Below are positions 1 to 10,251 of a stretch of 64,000 bases of DNA, in pieces (within the stretch, counting starts at the first letter, position 1; each line of letters starts with the position of its first letter). A program made the position numbers and the translations under genes. The notes under the pieces are model-generated. The model had not been told where the DNA came from, ran no database searches, and saw only the letters and a program-made list of their open reading frames with translations. The stretch lies in NCBI RefSeq assembly GCF_030013595.1, contig NZ_CP122768.1, one strand, 5' to 3'. This stretch comes from Escherichia coli. Lineage in GTDB: Bacteria > Pseudomonadota > Gammaproteobacteria > Enterobacterales > Enterobacteriaceae.

Positions 1-737
1 TGGAAACATTAGCAAAAAATGCCGATGTGGTTTTATCGCGATCTTATTTATGTGCCGAAGTATGGAAGAACCGTATTGTCGGCGGAAACAGCCTACCGAC
101 GGCGATCCATGCATTGCGCGTTGCTATCGATGATGATGGCAAACAACAGAACATTATTAAAACCATCCCGAAAAAAGGTTACCTGTGCAATAAAGAGTAT
201 GTGTCTTTGCCGGAGTCATCGCCTGCAGAAGCGCTGATTATTACCGACCAGATACAGGATACAGCCCCAGAAGAGATATCTTCGACAACACCGCCTGTGC
301 CTGTCAGAAAAAAACATAAAGGACTGATGGGGTTAGCCTTGACCGCGGCTGTTATATTTATTGGCTCGACCGTGGGGTATTCACACTTGAAAAATACACC
401 TGACGCCCCGCAGCTGGTAAAAGAGTCAATTAACAGTCCAAGAATAAAAATATTTCATCTTAGTTCTGGAAAAGAAAATAATTCTGTACCGTTACTGTCA
501 CAAACCCTCGCACCAGGAAAAGACAAACTCGATAATTTATTGTCAGCGCATAATATGACAATGACAACCTATTATAAATATGTTCGTAACCGACTGGAGA
601 GTGATATTGTTCTGCGCAACCAGTGCAACGGTAGCTGGCAATTAACTTTTAATGTGGATAGCTGGCAGAATAGCGATATTAATAGCGCGATGTATCAGAA
701 TTTAGAGAAGTTGTTAAATACTGTGCAGAAGTGCTGA
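1..737 (+). CDS. lafZ: ToxR/CadC-type transmembrane transcriptional regulator, 5' partial (coding frame starts at position 3)
   Basis: Open frame runs in from the window edge; OmpR-type winged-helix motif (LSRSYLCAEVW ... TIPKKGY), one TM helix (GLMGLALTAAVIFIGSTVGY), C-terminal periplasmic domain; sits after the lafW-like gene as in Flag-2 loci. Confidence 0.6.
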   Translation, partial: ETLAKNADVVLSRSYLCAEVWKNRIVGGNSLPTAIHALRVAIDDDGKQQNIIKTIPKKGYLCNKEYVSLPESSPAEALIITDQIQDTAPEEISSTTPPVPVRKKHKGLMGLALTAAVIFIGSTVGYSHLKNTPDAPQLVKESINSPRIKIFHLSSGKENNSVPLLSQTLAPGKDKLDNLLSAHNMTMTTYYKYVRNRLESDIVLRNQCNGSWQLTFNVDSWQNSDINSAMYQNLEKLLNTVQKC

Positions 738-791
738 TGAGTGCCAATATATGCCGGATACGACGCTAAAGGCGTCTTATCCGGCTGATAA

Positions 792-1769
792 TTACCCCAA
801 TAAATTCCTCACCGTCTGGCTGGAAATTCGCGCCTGACCGTTCACCGCCTGCAATAAAACCTGATAGTTATGATTGGCGCTATCCAGCACGCCGCCGAGA
901 TTTTCCGACGCCTGCACGGCGCTTTCCGTTTGCGGGAAGCGCGACATGCCGTCGATCAACTGCCGCGCCTTTTCCTGCTGTACCGCCATCTGCACACGCT
1001 GCTGATTAATGCTTTCTAACGTCTGAGAAATCCCCGCTCCGCCCTGTTGCAGGCTTTGCACTAAGCGGTCCGCCTGCGACGGTTCGGCAAAGGTTTTTAG
1101 TGGCATAAACGCTGATTTATCACCATCGGTGCGCACGCTTAGGGTGCTTTCAATGTTGGGCCACTGTTTTTCAGTGGTGGAGAAACTTATACCATCGGCG
1201 TTTTGATGCATCTGCACGCCCACGCGGCGCAGGGCGTTGGTCAGCCGCGTTTGATACTGCGCGGCGCTGTCATCCTCAGACAGCATCACCGCCGAAAGCT
1301 GAGTCTGCCGCCCGTCAGAGACGCTGAACATCCGCGTTCCCGGCGTGGGATTGTGTACCAGATTCGCCAGATCCGGCGAGTGAAAGCTCACCCGCGCTTC
1401 CCCCTGCAACACTGGCTGCAACTGGCGGTCCACCGCACCGCCGGAAAGCGCGGTGCGTTTGTCCAGCATCTGCATCAGCGCCGTACTCTGCGCCTGCCCG
1501 CCCTTACGCTGGCTGTGACGGTAATCGAGCAACTGCTGCTCCAGTTGCCCGAGATAATGATCCGCCTGCTGCAACGTGGTGAGCTGGTCGTTAAGCTGCA
1601 CGCTGTAACGCTGCGGGCGAGTGGTAATCAGCGGCGAGGCCGGATATTCACTCGCCGTCGCCGGGAGTTTTTGCCGCACCGCCTGAGTGGGCGCAACGGT
1701 TGACGACGATACCGCAGCGCTATGCGCGCCGCCGGTGGTGAGTGACGAAGAAGTAAGTCCGACCTGCAT
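792..1769 (-). CDS. Flag-2 associated protein of unknown function, Ser/Thr/Gln-rich (possibly LafW)
   Basis: 325 aa ORF immediately downstream of lfgL on the same strand (16 bp gap); no recognisable catalytic motif. Confidence 0.6.
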   Translation of the reverse strand: MQVGLTSSSLTTGGAHSAAVSSSTVAPTQAVRQKLPATASEYPASPLITTRPQRYSVQLNDQLTTLQQADHYLGQLEQQLLDYRHSQRKGGQAQSTALMQMLDKRTALSGGAVDRQLQPVLQGEARVSFHSPDLANLVHNPTPGTRMFSVSDGRQTQLSAVMLSEDDSAAQYQTRLTNALRRVGVQMHQNADGISFSTTEKQWPNIESTLSVRTDGDKSAFMPLKTFAEPSQADRLVQSLQQGGAGISQTLESINQQRVQMAVQQEKARQLIDGMSRFPQTESAVQASENLGGVLDSANHNYQVLLQAVNGQARISSQTVRNLLG

Positions 1770-1785
1770 ACTGCTCCTGAAAGAG

Positions 1786-2715
1786 TTAGAGAACGCTGAA
1801 TAAATTCAACTCACTCACTTTCGAGTAAGTCTTGAGGGTAGCTTCCATTGCTACTTCCAGTCCGGTAAAGGTGATCGACGCCGGGCCGTAATCGAGATCC
1901 TGTAATGAACCAATCAACTCATCATTAGAAGTAGAGATATCGGTCTGCGCATCGCTCAGCATCGACATGGTGTTCTGCGTCTCGCCGAGCGACGCAATCG
2001 AGGCGTTGAGGTCGTCCGAGGCGGTGTCCACCACGTTAACTGCGTTCTGAATATCGCTCTGCATCTGCGGATCGGCCGGGTCAACGTTTGGGTCTTGCAA
2101 CTCCTGCGACAGGGTATTCAGTGTGTTGAGCACATCTAAATTGCTGCCGAAGAAATCGCTCGCCGCCACGTTGGTATCCACTTCCACGCCGTTCGACACC
2201 GTGGTCTGGCGGTGGTCGCTGTTGCCCTGATAGCTGTAGCTGTCGGTCACGCCATCGCCGTCATCGTCCACCGCCACAATCGGCGGCTGATCGTTGATGG
2301 TACCGCCAAACACGTAATGCCCGTCTTCGTCCTGATAGTTCAGCGCCGCGACCATTGATTCGGTGAGCGACTCAATATCCTGCCCGAGACTTGCGAGCGA
2401 ATCGGCGGTATTGGTGCCATTCGCCGCTTCCAGCAGGTCGTCGCGCACCGCCAGCAGGCTGTTGTTGACGCCATCAAGGATTGATTCCTGCTGACTTAAC
2501 CCCGCCGACGCGGAGTCGATATTGCTCTGATACTGCTCAATCGCCGACTGTTGGCGGTTCAACTGGGTGATGCGCGTGGCGGCGATCGGGTCATCCGACG
2601 GCTGCAAAATTTCCTTGCCGGTTGCCATCTGCTCGACCACATGCGCCAGATCGCCGGAGAGATTATTAAAACTTTGCGTCATCGAGACGTAGGTTTGTTG
2701 GGTGGTTACTCGCAT
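1786..2715 (-). CDS. lfgL: Flagellar hook-associated protein 3 (FlgL family), lateral system
   Basis: N-terminus MRVTTQQTYVSMTQ ... SDDPIAA matches the FlgL N-terminal pattern; start taken at the internal ATG (2715) matching FlgL N-termini; follows lfgK. Confidence 0.85.
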   Translation of the reverse strand: MRVTTQQTYVSMTQSFNNLSGDLAHVVEQMATGKEILQPSDDPIAATRITQLNRQQSAIEQYQSNIDSASAGLSQQESILDGVNNSLLAVRDDLLEAANGTNTADSLASLGQDIESLTESMVAALNYQDEDGHYVFGGTINDQPPIVAVDDDGDGVTDSYSYQGNSDHRQTTVSNGVEVDTNVAASDFFGSNLDVLNTLNTLSQELQDPNVDPADPQMQSDIQNAVNVVDTASDDLNASIASLGETQNTMSMLSDAQTDISTSNDELIGSLQDLDYGPASITFTGLEVAMEATLKTYSKVSELNLFSVL

Positions 2716-2729
2716 TTTCGCGCTCCCGC

Positions 2730-4106
2730 TTAGCTGCACATTTCCAGCACCGAATCGAAAATCTCGGCCCCGGCGGAAATGACTTTCAGATTGGCTTCAT
2801 AAATTTGTTGATAGGTGATCAGGTTAACCGCCTCTTCGTCCATGCTGACGCCGCTGACGCTGCTCTGCTGGTTTTGCGCTGCGGAATAGACATTGGACGC
2901 GGCATCGACTTCCGTCTGGTTTTGCTGGCTGTAAATGCCGATATTGCTGATGATTGACGAGCACGCCTGCCCGACCGTCACGCTGCCGAGGTTGGCTATC
3001 TCCAGCGGTTCGGTGGAGATATTGATCAGCGCCTGTAAGTTGTCGCTGTTACCGCTTTCGTCCGGTGAACTGGAAAACGCCAGCTCATCGGCGGTGATAT
3101 CCGGGTTGACGGTCAGCGGGCCATCGGCGTTGCTGGCGTCATAAATAAACAGCGGCTCGCCGGGGTTGCCGTTGAGATCGTAGCCCTGCGCCAGTTGATT
3201 GTTGACCGCATCGGCAAACTGCGACGCCATGCTGTTGATGGTGTCGGTCAGCGGCGTCAGCACGTCGTTTTGATAATCAAACAGTGCGCCTAATGAACCT
3301 CCAGTGTCGGTGGTCATCGTCGAGGTGGTTCCGGCGAAGGTCAGCGACATGGTCGGCGTGCCGTCGGCGTTGGTTTCCAGCGCGATGGTCGAGCTTTGCT
3401 GCCCGCTCACCAGCGGTTGACCGTTTTTCAGGGTAACGTTGTAGTTGCCCTGGTCGTCGATATTGACCTGCACATCCATCATCCCGCTGAGTTCTTCCAC
3501 CATCTGGTCGCGGGCGTCGTACAGCGCGGAGGCGTTATCGCCGTTGGCTTCGGCCTGAGCGATTTGCTGGTTATAGCTGGCGATGCCGCTGGTGAGCGTG
3601 TTGATTTGCGACACCATCGCCTGCTGCTGGCTGATGATTTCCGTGCTTTGCGAGTCGATGTAATCCAGCGTGTTGTCGATACGCAGCGACAGCGCCCCGG
3701 CTTCGCTGATCACCTGTTCGCGCAGGGCGGAATCGTCAGGGCTGGTGGTCGCTTCGTTAAGGGCGGCGAAGAAGTTATCGAACCCGCCGCTCAGGCTGCT
3801 GTTATCGTCGCTCAGTACCGCTTCCAGTTGCGTGAGATACCCCTGCTGGGTGCTGTAATAGCCGTAATCGCTGGCGGCATACCACACCTGATTCACCTGA
3901 TACTGGTTAGAGACGCGGCGAATGCTGTCGACCTGCACGCCGTTACCGGCGCTGTTCGGCGAACCACCGCTGGCACCGATGGTGCTGATTTCTGCCACCT
4001 GACGGGTGTAGCCCGTAGTCATGGCGTTGGCGGTGTTTTGCGCCGTGACGTTCAGCTCCACCTGCGCGGTTGATGCGCCGCTGTAGCCGATGTTAATCAT
4101 GTCCAT
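2730..4106 (-). CDS. lfgK: Flagellar hook-associated protein 1 (FlgK)
   Basis: 458 aa; N-terminal MINIGYSGASTAQVELNVTAQNTANA and C-terminal flagellar rod/hook family helices. Confidence 0.9.
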   Translation of the reverse strand: MDMINIGYSGASTAQVELNVTAQNTANAMTTGYTRQVAEISTIGASGGSPNSAGNGVQVDSIRRVSNQYQVNQVWYAASDYGYYSTQQGYLTQLEAVLSDDNSSLSGGFDNFFAALNEATTSPDDSALREQVISEAGALSLRIDNTLDYIDSQSTEIISQQQAMVSQINTLTSGIASYNQQIAQAEANGDNASALYDARDQMVEELSGMMDVQVNIDDQGNYNVTLKNGQPLVSGQQSSTIALETNADGTPTMSLTFAGTTSTMTTDTGGSLGALFDYQNDVLTPLTDTINSMASQFADAVNNQLAQGYDLNGNPGEPLFIYDASNADGPLTVNPDITADELAFSSSPDESGNSDNLQALINISTEPLEIANLGSVTVGQACSSIISNIGIYSQQNQTEVDAASNVYSAAQNQQSSVSGVSMDEEAVNLITYQQIYEANLKVISAGAEIFDSVLEMCS

Positions 4107-4183
4107 GTTGGATCCTTACCGGTAAATCGTGCCGGTTAAAAGCGGCGTGAAGATGGGGATTCTTAAGTGGATAATGGTGCGCG

Positions 4184-4300
4184 CTGATGCCCTCACCCCG
4201 GCCCTCTCCCACAGGGAGAGGGAGAAAACCTGCGCCATATTCACCTCCGCGCTCAATCGGTCCCCTCGCCCCTTTGGGGAGAGGGTTAGGGTGAGGGGCA
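4184..4300. repeat. Inverted pair of GC-rich palindromic intergenic repeats (core CCCTCACCC..CCCTCTCCC-N4-GGGAGAGGG)
   Basis: Two units in opposite orientation at 4189-4224 and 4262-4298; the same family recurs 5 more times in the window. Confidence 0.85.
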
Positions 4301-4311
4301 AAGCGCGCCCC

Positions 4312-4611
4312 TCATTTCCCCTTCGGCGACAACTGCTTCACAATCATCGCCGCGATCCCAATCCCGTGCTGCTGCGCCAGGGTGTTACACAACTCATCGT
4401 CATAAAACCCCTGCATCATGCGCACCGAATCGCTGTTAAACGGGTTATCTTTCGAATCGAACAACTCGTTGGTTTTGCGCATCTCTTTGAGCATATTGCG
4501 TAAAAAAATCGCCTCAAACTGTTCGGCGGCCTGCCTGATATCATTGGCCTGAACCTTCGGCCCCATTAACGCATCGCTGCCGTCAATCCCGCCGCTGCCG
4601 TTAACTTTCAT
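4312..4611 (-). CDS. lfgJ: FlgJ rod-binding domain protein (no muramidase domain)
   Basis: 99 aa; motif FEAIFLRNMLKEMRKT typical of the FlgJ N-terminal rod-binding domain; lies between lfgI and lfgK. Confidence 0.8.
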   Translation of the reverse strand: MKVNGSGGIDGSDALMGPKVQANDIRQAAEQFEAIFLRNMLKEMRKTNELFDSKDNPFNSDSVRMMQGFYDDELCNTLAQQHGIGIAAMIVKQLSPKGK

Positions 4612-5726
4612 CAGATCACCTCCAGGTCGGCATCCAGCGCGCCCGCTTCATGCAGCGCCTGCAAAATCGACATAATGTCGTCCGGCGTCGCACCTAAACT
4701 GTTCAACGCATTAACCAACGTTTTCAGGCTGCTCGACTCCGGCAAACTTACCACGCCCGGACGGGCATGATTCACCGCAATATTGCTCTGCGGCGTTACC
4801 GCCGTGCGCCCGCCCGCAAAGGCATTCGGCTGGCTGACGTTGCTGGTTTCGTTAATCGAAACGGTCAAACTACCGTGCGACACCGCCGCCGCGTGCAGCG
4901 CAACGCCATCGCCCATCACCACCGTGCCGGTGCGCGAGTTAAACACCACGCGGGCGCGGATTTTCTCCGCCTGAACCTGCACATCGTCCAGTTGCGACAT
5001 AAACGCCACCCGCGCGCCGGGGCTGGTAGGCGCACGCACGGTAACGTTGGTGGAACTCTGCGCGGTGGCAATGCCGCCAAACGAGGCATTAATCGCCGCC
5101 GCAATGTTGTTGGCATCTTTAAACGACGGGCGTTTCAGGTTGAGGGTGATGGTATCGCCCATCTGAAAATCGCTGGGGATCTCGCGCTCCACCGTTGCGC
5201 CGTTAGGAATTAACCCGGCGGTTGGTGTATTAACCGTTACGCTCGAGCCGCTGGCCCCGGTGGCATTCATCCCACCCACCACCACGCTGCCCTGCGCCAG
5301 GGCATACACTTCGCCATCCGCGCCGTGCAACTGCGTAAGCAATAAAGTGCCGCCGCGAATACTTTTGGCATCTCCAATCGACGAAACGGTGACATCAATA
5401 GTCTGCCCGCGCGAGTACATCGGCGGCAATGTGGCGCTCACCGCCACCGCGGCGACGTTTTTCACCTTCGGGTCGATTTTATTCGGCAGCTGCACACCGA
5501 ACTGGCGCAGCATATTGGTGATGGTCTGGTTGGTGAATTTGACCTGATTTTTATCGCCGGTGCCGTCGAGGCCGACCACCAGGCTGTAGCCGACCAGTTG
5601 GTTTTCGCGCACACCCTGTACGTTGACCAGCGACTCCAGCGATTGCGCCAGCGCCACACCGGGCAGCGCCAGGCTTACGGCTACGACCACCGTCTTTATC
5701 CAGTTTTGCATTGCACTCTCCGGCAT
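4611..5726 (-). CDS. lfgI: Flagellar P-ring protein FlgI
   Basis: 371 aa with signal peptide; FlgI family by sequence and position. Confidence 0.9.
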   Translation of the reverse strand: MPESAMQNWIKTVVVAVSLALPGVALAQSLESLVNVQGVRENQLVGYSLVVGLDGTGDKNQVKFTNQTITNMLRQFGVQLPNKIDPKVKNVAAVAVSATLPPMYSRGQTIDVTVSSIGDAKSIRGGTLLLTQLHGADGEVYALAQGSVVVGGMNATGASGSSVTVNTPTAGLIPNGATVEREIPSDFQMGDTITLNLKRPSFKDANNIAAAINASFGGIATAQSSTNVTVRAPTSPGARVAFMSQLDDVQVQAEKIRARVVFNSRTGTVVMGDGVALHAAAVSHGSLTVSINETSNVSQPNAFAGGRTAVTPQSNIAVNHARPGVVSLPESSSLKTLVNALNSLGATPDDIMSILQALHEAGALDADLEVI

Positions 5727-6391
5727 TAGATCGGGAACAGAGGATGGTTAAACAGCCGCGTCAGCCAGCCTGCGGCGTTGGCGTCGCTTAACGCGCCGCG
5801 TCCGGCATAGGAAATGCGGGCGTCGGCGATCCGCTGGGAGGAAACAGAGTTGTCGTTCTGGATATCGTCGGCGCGTACCAGGCCGCTCAAGCGGATGTAC
5901 TCATCGCCCTGGTTGAGGGTCAGCCATTTTTCGCCGCGAATTTCCAGGATGCCGTTGGGCTGCACCGCATGGACGGAAACGGTGATCTCCCCGCGCAGGC
6001 TGTTCTGCTGCTGGGAAGTGGCGCTGCCGTCAAAGTCGCGGTTGGCATCGATGGAGCCGGAAAGCTTATCTTTGGTGTGACCAAAAATGGTCGGTGCGCC
6101 GATGTCGACGGTGTTGTTTTTACCGAAGTTGGTTTTCGCCTGTTTGCTCGACTGGGTGGATTCTTCGAGGATCACCGTCAGGATATCGCCCACGCGGTAA
6201 GCCCGCCTGTCGGCGGTGAGCGACCAGTTGTAGCCAGTTTCAAACACGCCCCCGGCACGCCCGTCTGCCGGAGGCGGCGCTTCGGTTTTCGGTGGCGCAA
6301 AGTATGCGTCGTCTTTTTTGACCAGAATGGCCTGCGATTCACACCCGCTAAGCAGGGGAAGCAGCGCCACCAGCCAGAAATAATTTTTCAC
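5726..6391 (-). CDS. lfgH: Flagellar L-ring lipoprotein FlgH
   Basis: 221 aa; lipoprotein signal LLPLLSGC; FlgH family. Confidence 0.9.
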   Translation of the reverse strand: MKNYFWLVALLPLLSGCESQAILVKKDDAYFAPPKTEAPPPADGRAGGVFETGYNWSLTADRRAYRVGDILTVILEESTQSSKQAKTNFGKNNTVDIGAPTIFGHTKDKLSGSIDANRDFDGSATSQQQNSLRGEITVSVHAVQPNGILEIRGEKWLTLNQGDEYIRLSGLVRADDIQNDNSVSSQRIADARISYAGRGALSDANAAGWLTRLFNHPLFPI

Positions 6392-6459
6392 GTTCTGCCT
6401 GTTTAGTGTTGCAGGCCACGGGGTGGCCGTTTTTTTGGTGGGTGCGGAGCCGATTTGTT

Positions 6460-6570
6460 CCCCTCACCCTAACCCTCTCCCCAAAGGGGCGAGGGGACCG
6501 ATCGAGCACAATGTTGCATACAGCGCCGGTCTGCTCCCTCTCCCTGTGGGAGAGGGCCGGGGTGAGGGCA
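6460..6570. repeat. GC-rich palindromic intergenic repeat, composite copy (near-identical to 16730-16840)
   Basis: cccctcaccctaaccctctccccaaaggggcgagggg ... ctccctgtgggagagggccggggtgaggg; spurious ORFs translate as PLTLTLSPKGRGD. Confidence 0.85.
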
Positions 6571-6596
6571 TCAGACCGCACGTTGCCCCCACGCCC

Positions 6597-7382
6597 TTAC
6601 AGCGTCTGGCTGATGTACTGCAACATATCGTCCGCTGCCGACACCATTTTGGCGTTCATCTCGTACGCGCGTTGCACCGTAATCATCGCCACCATTTCGT
6701 TGACGATATCCACGTTCGAGCCTTCCAGTGCGTTGTCCTGCAAAGTGCCAAGCCCATCTTCGCCCGGCACACCTTCTGTCGGCTGACCGCTGGCGGCGGT
6801 TTCCAGATAGAGGTTGTCACCCTCGGCGGAAAGCCCCGCCGGGTTAGCGAAGTTAACCAGCGTCAGTTGCCCTAACTCGGTCACGTCGCTGTCGCCAGGT
6901 AAGATCGCCGTCACCGTGCCGTCCTCACCAAAAGCAACATTAGTCGCCCCCGCCGGAACGTCGATTTCCGGTTGTAACGGCAAGCCCTGCGAGTTGGTCA
7001 GCACGCCGTCGGCGTTCACCTGCAAGTTGCCGTCGCGGGTATAGGCGATATCGCCGTTGGCCTTTTGCACCTGTAAAAATCCCTGCCCCATAATGGCGAC
7101 ATTCATCGCGTTGTCGGTGGTTTCAACGTTGCCTTCGGTGAAGGTTTTCTGGGTGCCGACAATGCGCACGCCGCTACCGAATTGCAGCCCGGTCGGCATG
7201 ATGTTGTTCTGGTCGAGCATCGCGCCCGGCGCTTCCTGGGTCTGGTAGAACAGATCCTGAAACATCACCCGGTCGCGCTTGAAGCCGGTGGTGTTAACGT
7301 TGGCGATGTTGTTGGCAATCGCGCTCATTTCAGCATCCTGCGCCGAGAGGCCGGTTTTGCTGATCCATAGTGCTGCGTTCAT
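6597..7382 (-). CDS. lfgG: Flagellar distal rod protein FlgG
   Basis: 261 aa; N-terminal MNAALWISKTGLSAQDAEMSAIANNIANVNTTGFK. Confidence 0.9.
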   Translation of the reverse strand: MNAALWISKTGLSAQDAEMSAIANNIANVNTTGFKRDRVMFQDLFYQTQEAPGAMLDQNNIMPTGLQFGSGVRIVGTQKTFTEGNVETTDNAMNVAIMGQGFLQVQKANGDIAYTRDGNLQVNADGVLTNSQGLPLQPEIDVPAGATNVAFGEDGTVTAILPGDSDVTELGQLTLVNFANPAGLSAEGDNLYLETAASGQPTEGVPGEDGLGTLQDNALEGSNVDIVNEMVAMITVQRAYEMNAKMVSAADDMLQYISQTL

Positions 7383-7426
7383 GGTGGTAAATTCCGTATT
7401 GTTTTGGGCCGCGGTTGCCGGATGCG

Positions 7427-7447
7427 GCGTGAACTTATCCGGCCTAC
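7427..7447. repeat. REP (palindromic unit) element
   Basis: gccggatgcggcgtgaacttatccggcctac matches the canonical E. coli REP consensus. Confidence 0.75.
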
Positions 7448-7456
7448 GATGTGCGG

Positions 7457-8194
7457 TTACGAGCCGCGCAATAAGCGGTTGCCCGCGTCGCTGATATCTT
7501 CGGCGGTTTTCATCATCTTGATTTGCGCTTCAAACTGGCGGTTCATGGCGATGGACGACATCATCTCGCTCACCGCCGAGACGTTGCTGCCTTCGAGAAA
7601 ACCGCCACTGACTTTGATATTTTCATCGCGCTGGGCCGGAACGCCGTCGGCAGTTATCAGCATCCCTTCAGGATTTTTCGCTAGGTTAGCAACCGGAATA
7701 TCCACCAGCTTCAGGCGGTCGATATCCATCGTCGCGGTCACGTCGCCGTCATCGGGCGTCACCGACAGCGTGCCGTCGCTGCCAAACGAGGCGATGGCGT
7801 TCGGCGGCAGAATGATCGGCCCGTTATCCCCCTGCACCAGATTGCCGTCGATGACCAGTTGCCCCTGGTCGTCCTGCTGAATGTTGCCGTTGCGGGTATA
7901 CACTTCGTTGCCGTTTTTATCCTGCACCGCAATGTAACCCGCGCCCTGAATCGCCACGTCCAGCGGGCGTTCGGTTTTCTCCGCTACACCCGTGCTGTCG
8001 TTCACGCCGCTGGCCCCTTCCTGCGCCATATAGCGCGTGTCGAAGCCACCGCCTTTCACCTTGTCGTTGGTCGCCATCGCCATATCGGCACGAAAACCAT
8101 TGGTGTTGACGTTCGCCAGGTTGTTGGCGCTGATCTGCTGCTCGTACAGGGTCTGAGAAGCACCGCTCAGGGCGGTATAAATCAAACGGTCCAT
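7457..8194 (-). CDS. lfgF: Flagellar proximal rod protein FlgF
   Basis: 245 aa; rod-family N- and C-terminal motifs. Confidence 0.9.
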   Translation of the reverse strand: MDRLIYTALSGASQTLYEQQISANNLANVNTNGFRADMAMATNDKVKGGGFDTRYMAQEGASGVNDSTGVAEKTERPLDVAIQGAGYIAVQDKNGNEVYTRNGNIQQDDQGQLVIDGNLVQGDNGPIILPPNAIASFGSDGTLSVTPDDGDVTATMDIDRLKLVDIPVANLAKNPEGMLITADGVPAQRDENIKVSGGFLEGSNVSAVSEMMSSIAMNRQFEAQIKMMKTAEDISDAGNRLLRGS

Positions 8195-9396
8195 TACATT
8201 GCCTGGAACAGCGCGTCATCGAGCTGCGTGCTGGTAGCGATAACTTTGGTGTTGGCCTGATAGTTACGCTGGGCGGTCATCAAGTTGACCAGTTCGCTGG
8301 TGATATCGACGTTAGAGCTTTCGAGCACGCCGGACGACAGCGTGCCGCAGGTGCCGGAGCCGGGAACGCCAATCAGCGGGGTGCCGGACTCGCCCGTTTG
8401 TACCCACGCGGTGCCGCTCACTGCCTCCAGGCCGTTTTCATTCGGGAAAGTCGCCAGCACCACCTGCCCCTGCAACATGCGCTCGCCGTTGCTGTAGGTG
8501 GCGTAAACTTTGCCATCGTCATCAACCTGCACACCGTTTTGCGTTGCGGAGGCGTAGCCGTTGGCAGCGTTGGTGGTGACCGAGAAGTCCGAGCCGTATT
8601 GCGTACAAGTGGTGTAATCGACGGTTAAGTCGATGGGTGCGGCGGCGTCGGTCTGAAACTCAATGGTCTGCGGTGTGGTTGGCGAGGTCAGCTTCCCGGT
8701 ATTCGGGTCGAAAGTTAAGGTCGTCGCCGGAACGCCAGTCTGCTGCTGACCGTCGAAGGTGTACTGCACTTCCCAGGTGTTTTCGCTGGTTTTGGTGAAA
8801 TACTGGCATACCGAGTGTTCGTTACCTAATGAGTCATACACCGTGGTGGTGTAGCTGTCGGTGTACGAGCTGCTGTTGGTCGGGTCGAACGGTACGGTGG
8901 TGCGATCGATAGCTTCATCGCTGGCGTTGAAGTTAGCGGTAAAGGTCAGGCTGCTGCTGGCCTGCGCCGGGATATTGCCGGTTTTGATCTGGATATCGGT
9001 GACCGTACCGGTTTGCAGAGTGCCCGTGTCATCGACCGGATAACCCTGTAAATAAGCGCCCGAGGCGTTGACAATATAGCCGTTTTTGTCGGTTTCAAAC
9101 GATCCGGCGCGGGTATAAGAAATGTTGCCCGCGCTGTCGCAGGTCACAAAAAAGCCATCGTTGTTAATCGCCAGATCCAGCGCGTTACCGGTGGAGACCA
9201 GCGAACCGCCGCGCGAAATGCTTTGCGCGGTGCCTGCCACGCTGACGCCCATCGCCTGACTTCCGGCATACATGGCTGAAAACTGGGTGGTCATCGACTT
9301 ATAGCCTACCGTTCCGGCGTTGGCGATGTTGTTACTGATCCCGTCGAGCTGTTCGTTAACGGCATTCAGCCCCGTTGCGGCAATTTCATAACTCAT
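8194..9396 (-). CDS. lfgE: Flagellar hook protein FlgE
   Basis: 400 aa; N-terminal MSYEIAATGLNAVNEQLDGISNNIANAGTVGYK. Confidence 0.9.
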   Translation of the reverse strand: MSYEIAATGLNAVNEQLDGISNNIANAGTVGYKSMTTQFSAMYAGSQAMGVSVAGTAQSISRGGSLVSTGNALDLAINNDGFFVTCDSAGNISYTRAGSFETDKNGYIVNASGAYLQGYPVDDTGTLQTGTVTDIQIKTGNIPAQASSSLTFTANFNASDEAIDRTTVPFDPTNSSSYTDSYTTTVYDSLGNEHSVCQYFTKTSENTWEVQYTFDGQQQTGVPATTLTFDPNTGKLTSPTTPQTIEFQTDAAAPIDLTVDYTTCTQYGSDFSVTTNAANGYASATQNGVQVDDDGKVYATYSNGERMLQGQVVLATFPNENGLEAVSGTAWVQTGESGTPLIGVPGSGTCGTLSSGVLESSNVDITSELVNLMTAQRNYQANTKVIATSTQLDDALFQAM

Positions 9397-9442
9397 TGTT
9401 TCGTCCTGTTAATTCAAATTTTGACAGCGTGCCCGTTGTTTT

Positions 9443-9521
9443 GCCGGATGCGGCGAACGCCTTATCCGGCCTACAAAACCATGCAGTTTCATGTAGGCCT
9501 GATAAGCGAAGCGCATCAGGC
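9443..9521. repeat. BIME: two inverted REP elements
   Basis: gccggatgcggcgaacgccttatccggcctac followed by inverted gtaggcctgataagcgaagcgcatcaggc. Confidence 0.75.
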
Positions 9522-9537
9522 AATTTGGCACCGGACA

Positions 9538-10251
9538 TCACGCCACATCACTGTCGGCATCGGGTACGCCAAACTGGCTAATCATGGTGAACGGCACTTC
9601 GCCCACGCCTGCAACATTGAGCACCGGAGAGCCGCCGTCGAGCGGGATGCGTACATCTTCCACTTCGCCGGAAACTTCAATCGGCACCTCTTCTTCCCCG
9701 GTGTTGGTCACCACCGAGACGTCGTAATCACCCGGCGGGATACCGTAATCCGCCGGATTAATCGAGAAATCCACCTGGCCTGGCCCGACGGACGAACTGC
9801 CTTCCGGGATCAGCGACACCGTATAGTCATCGCCTGCGGCATCGGTAAAGTGGAGATCGGCGGTGGTACAGGCGTCGTCAAGCGTGGCGCGACCATTAAT
9901 GGTCTGGTCGCTCACCTGCAAGGCGGTGGTCTGCACCATAATGTCGTCACCCACCAGGTTGCCGAGCGCCATTACCTGAATGTTGCTCATCAGCACCGCG
10001 TTGGTGTTGGCCTGCACGCTCATCTCTTCCATCATCGCCACCTGCGCCATCGACGAAAGCTGGTCGATGTATTCGGTGGCGTCAGTCGGGTCGGTCGGGT
10101 CCTGGTTTTGGATCTCGGCGACAAACAGCGTCAGGAAGGTATCGACGGGCGAGCTATCGCTGCTGCTTGTCGTGTCGCTGGCCGCCACGTTGTTGCTTTC
10201 CGCCGTGGCGGTCGGCTGCGGCGATTGCGCATTCAGCACCAAGGTATTCAT
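9538..10251 (-). CDS. lfgD: Flagellar hook assembly/capping protein FlgD
   Basis: 237 aa; N-terminal FlgD motif FLTLFVAEIQNQDPTDP. Confidence 0.9.
   Translation of the reverse strand: MNTLVLNAQSPQPTATAESNNVAASDTTSSSDSSPVDTFLTLFVAEIQNQDPTDPTDATEYIDQLSSMAQVAMMEEMSVQANTNAVLMSNIQVMALGNLVGDDIMVQTTALQVSDQTINGRATLDDACTTADLHFTDAAGDDYTVSLIPEGSSSVGPGQVDFSINPADYGIPPGDYDVSVVTNTGEEEVPIEVSGEVEDVRIPLDGGSPVLNVAGVGEVPFTMISQFGVPDADSDVA

Noticed and set aside
1203-1703. 166 aa ORF antisense to the lafW-like gene, and similar long antisense or alternate-frame ORFs throughout the flagellar genes (for example 3396-4073, 9421-10428, 23852-25006, 31114-31929)
   Set aside because: Arg/His/Gly-rich low-complexity translations typical of shadow ORFs in GC-rich coding DNA; each fully overlaps a well-supported gene on the other strand
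4107-4170. Sigma-28 promoter for lfgK
   Set aside because: A -10-like ACCGGTAA lies only 9 nt from the start codon and overlaps the ribosome-binding site, with no matching -35
4129-4503. ORFs spanning the GC-rich palindromic repeats (also 4116-4301, 6348-6581, 6406-6786, 16639-16854)
   Set aside because: Translations (PLTLTLSPKGRGD, ALTPALSHRERE) come from the repeat itself and recur wherever the repeat occurs; not genes
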